Below are positions 57,526-64,000 of a DNA stretch of 64,000 bases, in pieces. Location of the stretch: the NCBI GenBank assembly GCA_000146465.1, contig CP001943.1, one strand, 5' to 3'. The notes beneath the pieces were generated by a model that saw only the letters and a program-made list of their open reading frames with translations, was not told the DNA's origin and made no database searches. The first letter of the stretch is position 1, and each line of letters starts with the position of its first letter. The translations under genes and the position numbers were made by a program.

Positions 57526-57740
57526 TTCTAACCTGTTTTTTGCTTTTAAACATTTGTAATAGTTTATTTAAGTTAAATTGTGCAAGCTAAATTATTCTAT
57601 AATCATTCCTGGTTATTGGTGAGATGTCATCTTAAGAGTCATCCCTAAAAGGAAGTTTAATATCATTATATTGAATTTACTTAGAGGAGGTGTGCAGCTT
57701 AAGTTATTTATATGTTTATTTCAAAAAAAGCCTACCCTTA

Positions 57741-58976
57741 ATGGCAGGAAACTTTTTGCTAAGTATTTCCATAATGAACTATGTTTTTATGGTTTATTTG
57801 AAAATACGTGAGCTCAGGCAGTTGTTCAAGCCTCCATCCAAGACATACCTTAGGCTGGCTACAATGGATCAGATAAAAAAGACCAAGGAATACAATAGAG
57901 ACAAGCTATTTATGTCCGTTTTCGAGCTCACAATTCTTCTTGGGAGGGATATATATCTGATCAAGAAAGGAGTGTTGGAGGAGGTGTACAGCATCAAATA
58001 CTTTATGAATAGTTACTATGGGGATACATTGTTCTTGCTAGGATTCGCCCACTTCCAAAGACTCTTTGACCTTCCTTTGGATCTAATTTCCACATTTTAC
58101 ATTGAGGCAAAACATGGATTCAACAAAACCACATTTCCAACATTTCTATTGGACTTCGTGAAGATGACGGCTATAATCACTGTTATATTTGCTCCTTTTT
58201 CACATATTGTAATGAGCATTATTCGGAAATACCAGAAAACATTCTTCTGCATCTATCTATGGATTTTCATAGCCATTTTCCAGATAGTCCTTGTTATTAT
58301 ATATCCGATTGCCATTCAGCCTATATTTAATAAGTTTGAGGAGATGGAAGAATCGGATCTTAAGACGAAGATCCAAGAATTGGCAGAAAAGGTTGGGTTT
58401 CGTGCCAATAAGATACTGATTATGGACGCCTCGAAGAGATCTGGCCATTCGAATGCCTACTTCATAGGAATTACTAAGGAAAAAAGGATTGTTCTGTACG
58501 ACACTTTGCTAAAACAGGCAAATGAAGAGGAGGTTCTTGCCATTCTGTGCCACGAATTTGGGCATTGGAAGCATAGCCATGTCATTAAGATGGCATCTAT
58601 GGTTCTTTTGATTCAGCTATTTTACTTGTTCATATTGAATGTTTTGATGAACTCCCGTTCCTTTGGGAACTTCATACTTGGGAAGGATTTGCCACTGCTT
58701 ATAAGGTGTGTTTATTTCCTCATGATAATCGGAGCTCTCAGCGTTCCTATAGACATGATAAAAAACTCTGTTTCGAGATACTTTGAAAGACAAGCAGATA
58801 GGTTTTCTGTGTCCCTTGGTTATGGAAAGGAGCTTTCATCAGGGCTTATCAAGCTTTTTGAAAAGAATAGTAGTAATATGGATCCTGATCCGCTTTATTC
58901 AGCTGTAATGCACACACATCCCACTTTGATTGAAAGAATCAACCTGATTGAAGGCGAGATGAATAAAATCAAGTAA
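57741..58976 (+). CDS. STE24: CAAX prenyl protease 1 (Ste24/ZMPSTE24, peptidase M48)
   Basis: Multi-TM protein with the HExxH zinc site LCHEFGHWKHSH and a downstream conserved Glu region. The ORF-track start at 57690 is a GTG; the first ATG is at 57741 and is preceded by CCC. Confidence 0.85.
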   Translation: MAGNFLLSISIMNYVFMVYLKIRELRQLFKPPSKTYLRLATMDQIKKTKEYNRDKLFMSVFELTILLGRDIYLIKKGVLEEVYSIKYFMNSYYGDTLFLLGFAHFQRLFDLPLDLISTFYIEAKHGFNKTTFPTFLLDFVKMTAIITVIFAPFSHIVMSIIRKYQKTFFCIYLWIFIAIFQIVLVIIYPIAIQPIFNKFEEMEESDLKTKIQELAEKVGFRANKILIMDASKRSGHSNAYFIGITKEKRIVLYDTLLKQANEEEVLAILCHEFGHWKHSHVIKMASMVLLIQLFYLFILNVLMNSRSFGNFILGKDLPLLIRCVYFLMIIGALSVPIDMIKNSVSRYFERQADRFSVSLGYGKELSSGLIKLFEKNSSNMDPDPLYSAVMHTHPTLIERINLIEGEMNKIK

Positions 58977-59011
58977 TTTCTTAAGTATTTATTTGGTGCC
59001 CGATCCCTTGA

Positions 59012-60466
59012 ATGAAGATGGCAGAGGCTTGCATAGATTTAGCTCCACTGGTAAAATCAGCAGTGAACTTCTTGTATCGTCTATCTTTATCCAAAAATAT
59101 GAAGTCGAGGCATTGCTACAAGAAAATGGCCCAAGAGTTAGAGAAAATAGAAGGACCTCTTTATTCGCTGGACTACCTGAAGAACATCAAGTGGGCTGGA
59201 GCTAAAACAATTGAAAAGATCCAGGAGTTGATAGACAGAAGAATTCTAGAAGACATAAAAACGGAGGAGGATTTTGAGAAGTATCTGAATGTTCTCTCAC
59301 CGAGGGCATATGAAGAAAGCAAAAGAAAGTTATGGAAAGAAGGCACAGAGAAGAGCGATTCCAAGGATAAACAATACAAGAAGGAGAAAGACAACATATC
59401 CAAGAAGAGAAAATACATTCCTGGATATAGAACAGGAAGTTATGGAATAATGAAAGCACTATGGATAAGAGAAGGGATTGGTAGGCATGAGATAGCACGG
59501 ATAGGAAGAAATTACTGTGACTCAGAGTTTGACTTTGGATCAAGACATTCTGCTTGGTCATCCATGAAAACACTAGTTAGAAAGGGATTTGTGTATAAAG
59601 AGGGAAGATCGAAATTCTACCTTACAGACGAAGGAAGGGAGCTAGCAGCAACAATGTTTGCAAATACATCTGTTGTTGAGGAGGAAGACGAGATTACACT
59701 TCTGGTAGATACTAGGGAAGTAAAGAGTAGGAGATCCAGGCTGTTTTTCCAAGAGTATTTTGAATCTCAACAAATCAGGCACGAGACAAGAGCTCTTGAG
59801 GTAGGGGATTTTCTTTGGGTCAGAGGCGAGAGGGTTTGTAGCTCGATAATCGAAAGGAAAAGAGGAAGCGACCTTGTAAGTAGCATAGTAGATGGAAGAT
59901 TTAAAGAGCAAAAGAACAGGCTGAAAAACACAGGAATAAGAAAGATTTTTTATATTGTAGAAGGACTAAAGAACAGCCATATGCAAAATGTAGGTAAAGA
60001 GACTATAGTATCGTGCATGGCGGCAACTAGGCTGGAGGGATTCATTGTCATGGAGACAGAAGACATAGGCCAGACAGGCTCAGTGATCCGTATGATAGAT
60101 TACGAAGTGAAAAAGGAACAAGAGAAAAAAAAGAAGACTTCGAACAAATTAGACCATTGCGAAGAATCCAGTGAATGTCTAGAAGATCCTGACGAAGAGA
60201 TGGAGATGAGCTATGAAAGCTTTATTGATAAAAGCACTAAGTCGAAAGGAAAAACTCAGACCTATCTGCTGTACATGTCTCTTCTCTCTATTAAAGGAAT
60301 AGGCCATAAAAAGGCGCTTATACTGGCCGAACGGTATAAGACAATCGGGGGACTAATAAGTAGAGTAAAAGCTGATGGAGTAAACAAGCTTTATGACTTT
60401 GAAATAAACGGAAAAAAAATATCTAGAAAGAATGGAAATGACATAATAGACTTTTTTCTGAAGTGA
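59012..60466 (+). CDS. MUS81: structure-specific endonuclease Mus81 (ERCC4 nuclease domain plus HhH)
   Basis: LLVDTREVKS...VGDFLWV...IIERKRGSDLVSSIVDGRFKEQKNRLKNTGIRKIFYIVEG matches Mus81 ERCC4 ([46 protein letters not shown]). C-terminal HhH: LLSIKGIGHKKALILAERYKTIGGLI. Confidence 0.8.
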   Translation: MKMAEACIDLAPLVKSAVNFLYRLSLSKNMKSRHCYKKMAQELEKIEGPLYSLDYLKNIKWAGAKTIEKIQELIDRRILEDIKTEEDFEKYLNVLSPRAYEESKRKLWKEGTEKSDSKDKQYKKEKDNISKKRKYIPGYRTGSYGIMKALWIREGIGRHEIARIGRNYCDSEFDFGSRHSAWSSMKTLVRKGFVYKEGRSKFYLTDEGRELAATMFANTSVVEEEDEITLLVDTREVKSRRSRLFFQEYFESQQIRHETRALEVGDFLWVRGERVCSSIIERKRGSDLVSSIVDGRFKEQKNRLKNTGIRKIFYIVEGLKNSHMQNVGKETIVSCMAATRLEGFIVMETEDIGQTGSVIRMIDYEVKKEQEKKKKTSNKLDHCEESSECLEDPDEEMEMSYESFIDKSTKSKGKTQTYLLYMSLLSIKGIGHKKALILAERYKTIGGLISRVKADGVNKLYDFEINGKKISRKNGNDIIDFFLK

Positions 60467-60501
60467 CACGGATTGATAAGTGGAAATATTTTGCTCCCAG
60501 G

Positions 60502-60684
60502 ATGGGAGGGATCAGCGAGAAGTTGAAAGGACTAAAGTTTATGCAAAGAGCGGAGAGAAAAAACAATGGGGATGGAGAGGTGTCGTTTTCGACGTACTTT
60601 TGCAAGAAAGGAATTTTCAGTTACTGCAGCAAGCAAAAGATCCACGATAAGGAAGACGAAGCTCAAAAAAAGGCCAGGAACTAG
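60502..60684 (+). CDS. candidate small ORF (60 aa, basic), unannotated gap gene?
   Basis: ATG preceded by the gctCCCagg motif, as for neighbouring genes. The protein is MGGISEKLKGLKFMQRAERKNNGDGEVSFSTYFCKKGIFSYCSKQKIHDKEDEAQKKARN. It lies in an otherwise 296-bp gap. No recognised family. Confidence 0.25.
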   Translation: MGGISEKLKGLKFMQRAERKNNGDGEVSFSTYFCKKGIFSYCSKQKIHDKEDEAQKKARN

Positions 60685-60762
60685 AGCATTCCCATATCTC
60701 TTATTAAATATATGTATCCTATACGTAGGCTTTCTTTCTGGACCCTTTTGTGTTAGTATTAG

Positions 60763-61989
60763 ATGAATGAAGATGGAGTGAACATAAAAGAACTGATAAA
60801 CGCCAGATTTCAGAATCCAAAGTTTGTCTACGATGGAAAGAGGATGAGAGTCCTACAGGAAAGGAAGGTAGTTGACTATACATCGGGTATTTGTGTTCAA
60901 AGAGTGAAAAGGAGAATTGATCCACTACAAGTCAACACGAGCTTTGAACTTTCCTCACAGATTCTTAACCTAAAATCCCCAGAGCTATGCTACAATGATT
61001 TATCCAGCCTATTTACGACAAAGATCGAGCATGTCAGTGTCAACAAAGTCAAGTGCCCTGTTAACATTGTCAGATGGACTCCTGATGGAAGAAGACTAAT
61101 GAGCGGAACAGCTACAGGGGAATTCACATTGTGGAATGGCTATGGATGCAACTTTGAAACTATCCTTCAGGCACATGAATCACCTGTTAGAGGGATGGCT
61201 TGGTCTCCTTCGGGCTCGTTTTTGATATCCTCGGACAACTTTGGGATAATTAAGTACTGGCATCCATCGATGAACAATATACAAATAATACAAGGACATG
61301 CAGAGGCAGTAAGAGATCTTTCATTTTCTCACAACGATAGTAAGTTTTGCTCGGCTTCGGACGATTCAACAATAAAGATTTGGGACTCGATTGAAGCAAA
61401 AGAGGAATCAGTCCTTAGAGGTCATAACTGGGATGTAAGAGCAGCACAATGGCACAGATATAAATCGTTGATAGCAAGTGCAGGGAAGGATAATTTGGTT
61501 AAGATGTGGGATCCACGTACTGCAGAGGAGCTATGCACTCTACATCATCATAAGAATACAATACTAGCCTTGAAGTGGATGGGCGATGAAAACTATCTCC
61601 TTACAGGAGGAAAGGACCAGGTGATAAAAATGGTGGACATTAGAACAATGGCTGATGTGTTTACCTACAAGAATCACAAAAAGGAAGTTACATCAATAGG
61701 AATACATCCTTGTATTCCAGATATGTTTGTAAGCGGAGGTACGGAAGGAGGGATCTACTTTTGGCAAGCATATACTCAGGTGCCTTTGGAGGTTATCGAA
61801 GAGGGCCATGAGGGTACTGTGTGGTCACTAGATTACCATCCTGTGGGACACATCCTAGCATCTGGATCTGTAGATCAAAGCGTAAGATTTTGGGTTAGAC
61901 CAAGGCCAGACGAGAATGCTGAATCTACTGTTGGAGGATTTGTTGATGAAGAAAACAATTCTGATGGAGGAGCCATTCCAGGACTGTAG
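60763..61989 (+). CDS. PFS2: polyadenylation factor subunit Pfs2/WDR33 (WD40)
   Basis: Colinear with WDR33 across the blades: FTLWNGYGCNFETILQAHESPVRGMAWS, IKYWHPSMNNIQIIQGHAEAVRDLSFS, KFCSASDDSTIKIWD, LRGHNWDVRAAQWH, VKMWDPRTAEELCTLHHHKNTILALKW, GHILASGSVDQSVRFWVRPRPDE. Confidence 0.85.
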   Translation: MNEDGVNIKELINARFQNPKFVYDGKRMRVLQERKVVDYTSGICVQRVKRRIDPLQVNTSFELSSQILNLKSPELCYNDLSSLFTTKIEHVSVNKVKCPVNIVRWTPDGRRLMSGTATGEFTLWNGYGCNFETILQAHESPVRGMAWSPSGSFLISSDNFGIIKYWHPSMNNIQIIQGHAEAVRDLSFSHNDSKFCSASDDSTIKIWDSIEAKEESVLRGHNWDVRAAQWHRYKSLIASAGKDNLVKMWDPRTAEELCTLHHHKNTILALKWMGDENYLLTGGKDQVIKMVDIRTMADVFTYKNHKKEVTSIGIHPCIPDMFVSGGTEGGIYFWQAYTQVPLEVIEEGHEGTVWSLDYHPVGHILASGSVDQSVRFWVRPRPDENAESTVGGFVDEENNSDGGAIPGL

Positions 61990-62122
61990 TGTGGGTCTCC
62001 CTCCATGAAATATATATTTAAATGTTTGTGTGCTTCTATTATTAAATATGTTGTTGGGCTTTTTCTGTTTATCCTAGAAAGTTGGATAACTACAATTGAG
62101 AAAAAATAAAAACAAATCCTGG

Positions 62123-63409
62123 ATGATTACCGAGTACGAATACGATTTTGTTATTCTTGGAACGGGGCTAGTAGAGTGTGCGGTTGGATGTATCTTGGCT
62201 GGAAAGAATAAAAAAGTTATTCTAATAGATAGGAATCCGATGTACGGATCGGATTTTGCAACGCTGAGATACACAGAATTAGAGACGTACTTTCGGAGCT
62301 CAAACATGGTCCCCGAACTGAAAACCTATGATTCCGAATTTTCGGTTGATCTTACTCCGAAGCTGTTCCTTGCGGATAGTAAGATGCTGAAGATGCTAGT
62401 CAGGTATGGGATTGATGAATATTTAGAGTTCTGTAGAATTCCCGGATCTTTTCTATGGAAAAGAAAGCTATATTCTGTCCCGACGAACGAGGCTCAGTCC
62501 ATGACCACTGGGCTTATAGGAATATGGCAAAAGCCAAAAGTCATGAGGTTTTTTTGGAATGTCCGGGACTATGCAAGAGCCGCAATGAAGGGCAAGTCTT
62601 ATCAATTCAAGAGTACTATGAGAGAAGAATTCAAGGAGTATGGACTTACGGAAGAATCGATGGAACTTATAGGGCATGGAATAGCCTTGAATCTTGACGA
62701 TTCCTATCTGGACAGACATCCCAAAGAGACGTTTGATAAGATCTTAACGTACGTAAGGTCTATTATATGCTATGAAAACTCGATGGAGTCACCTTATTTA
62801 TATCCAAGATATGGGCTTTCTGAAATTGCTCAGGGATTTGCGCGAAGTTGCTGTACAAAGGGAGGGGAGATAATGATAAATGCGGAGATGCTGGAAATCG
62901 ATGAAGCAAAGATGGAGTTGTTAGTTCGAGAACCTGTCAACAAAGAAATCTTGAAAATAAAGGCAGGAAAGATAATTTCAGATCAGTCCTATTTCCAGAA
63001 AAGTGTTGTTTTATATGAAGTTATAAGAGGAATATGTATAGTACGAGGGGATTCGGTTGATATAACAAAGGGAGCTTCTTCAGCCCAGGTGATCTTCCTA
63101 AAAGGAGAGCTTGGAAGGAAGAATGACATCTTTGTTGTTGTATTGGGATCTGAGGAGAAGTCTACGCCTGAAGGCTATAAGGCGGTTATTATAAGTACTG
63201 TGAGAGAAACAGATAATCCTGAGAAAGAGATAGAGGTTGTTTTGGAGAGGTTGGGGGATGTTGTAAGGTACTTCATTGATGTAAAGCCGGTATACGAAGC
63301 GGAAGACATGGAGAATATAGTTTTTACAAAGGGTGTGGACGAATCCCCCCACTTTGAGGACATTTATGAAGAGATAGAAAGGATTTGCAAAAAGCTAGAC
63401 GTTTGTTGA
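62123..63409 (+). CDS. GDI1: Rab GDP-dissociation inhibitor (GDI/REP family)
   Basis: EYEYDFVILGTGLVECAVGCILAGKNKKVILIDRNPMYGSDFATL is the GDI FAD-like N-terminal signature. It is about 430 aa, like GDI. The ORF-track start at 62096 is a TTG; the first ATG is at 62123. Confidence 0.8.
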   Translation: MITEYEYDFVILGTGLVECAVGCILAGKNKKVILIDRNPMYGSDFATLRYTELETYFRSSNMVPELKTYDSEFSVDLTPKLFLADSKMLKMLVRYGIDEYLEFCRIPGSFLWKRKLYSVPTNEAQSMTTGLIGIWQKPKVMRFFWNVRDYARAAMKGKSYQFKSTMREEFKEYGLTEESMELIGHGIALNLDDSYLDRHPKETFDKILTYVRSIICYENSMESPYLYPRYGLSEIAQGFARSCCTKGGEIMINAEMLEIDEAKMELLVREPVNKEILKIKAGKIISDQSYFQKSVVLYEVIRGICIVRGDSVDITKGASSAQVIFLKGELGRKNDIFVVVLGSEEKSTPEGYKAVIISTVRETDNPEKEIEVVLERLGDVVRYFIDVKPVYEAEDMENIVFTKGVDESPHFEDIYEEIERICKKLDVC

Positions 63410-63497
63410 CTAGCCAATCACCTCTGAATTTCCGGTGATAAGAGGCTTGTTAATCTTTAGAAGCGAGGTTACAACTATTGGATTTCATAAAGCCCTT

Positions 63498-64000
63498 ATG
63501 GAAATAAAGACAGGGATGATAAGTGGGGCTCTTTCGTCTTGCTATTTGAAGACTAATAAAACATCAGTTATATGCTGCATCTATCTAGAGCAAAAAGGAG
63601 AGACGGAGCCACAAACCGAGGTACATTTCTCCGAGGGACTACCTCTGCAGATTCGTTCAGGAGTTAGCTCAATCGTAAAGTCGTTATTTTCAACAAAAAC
63701 TAGATCTACAAGGATCAAAGTGACATTCCATGCTGTGAGATGTGGAGAGGACTTGTTTTCTTGTCTTGTAAACTCTTTTTCCGTATGTGCCATACTATCT
63801 GGGATTGGGATCATAGATACCATTTGTTCTAGTACTGTATATGCTGACAAGAATAACATTTCGCTTACAAGTCAGTTGAATTCTTTCCCTCTACACATGG
63901 TGTATATGATTCACAAGAAAAGAATCATGCAGGTGCATTTTGATGGGTGCCTTGACTCTTCTCTTTTTGTTAAAGCCACTGAGAGGCTTGTCCAGACATG
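63498..64000 (+). CDS. exosome RNase-PH-like subunit (Rrp46/Mtr3/Rrp41 class); N-terminal part only, the gene runs off the window end
   Basis: Open frame from the ATG at 63498 (preceded by CCC) to the window end. It is absent from the track because it has no stop. GALSSCYLKTNKTSVICCIYLEQKGE fits the RNase-PH domain (GSAyvE.GnTKVlcaVyGP) and the second half motif. Confidence 0.45.
   Translation, partial: MEIKTGMISGALSSCYLKTNKTSVICCIYLEQKGETEPQTEVHFSEGLPLQIRSGVSSIVKSLFSTKTRSTRIKVTFHAVRCGEDLFSCLVNSFSVCAILSGIGIIDTICSSTVYADKNNISLTSQLNSFPLHMVYMIHKKRIMQVHFDGCLDSSLFVKATERLVQT

Overview
Gene-dense, apparently intron-free eukaryotic sequence, roughly one gene per 1.2 kb and about 88-90% coding, with about 40% GC. 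It is most consistent with a microsporidian nuclear chromosome arm, probably Encephalitozoon/Ordospora-like, for three reasons. A fungal-specific WOPR regulator and fungal-type secretion and spore-related enzymes (trehalase, PMT O-mannosyltransferase) are present. Proteins are systematically shorter than their orthologues. A C-triplet motif recurs immediately upstream of most ATG starts. I call about 50 protein-coding genes, one tRNA-Ala(UGC) and one additional small candidate ORF. I see no rRNA, transposon, CRISPR, prokaryotic operon or conspicuous repeat. The genes encode housekeeping functions. Replication and damage response: Mec1/ATR, MCM4, DNA ligase I, Rad3/XPD-family helicase, Mus81, a multi-BRCT Dpb11/TopBP1-like protein, E2F and a P-loop ATPase. 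Chromosome condensation: Ycs4 and Brn1 condensin subunits 5 kb apart. RNA processing: RNA14/CstF-77, Pfs2/WDR33, SF1/BBP, SmE, Dim1, an exosome RNase-PH-like subunit and archease. Translation and proteostasis: HSP90, GluRS, ProRS, ubiquitin-eS31, NAC-alpha, Erb1 and Uba2. Secretory pathway: Sec24, p24, a TRAPP subunit, a SNAP-25-like SNARE, a Qb-like SNARE, SPCS2, Rab-GDI, a Hrd3-like protein and Ste24. Transcription: TAF11, a homeodomain protein, a WOPR protein and a FYR-domain protein. Many ORF-track entries begin at TTG or GTG codons shown as M, so I re-anchored those starts to the first in-frame ATG. I did not find an obvious novel multi-gene system. The points most worth follow-up are the compact promoter architecture, a lineage-specific secreted charged protein, archease, the tRNA with a poorly pairing D-stem, and unexplained non-coding gaps.
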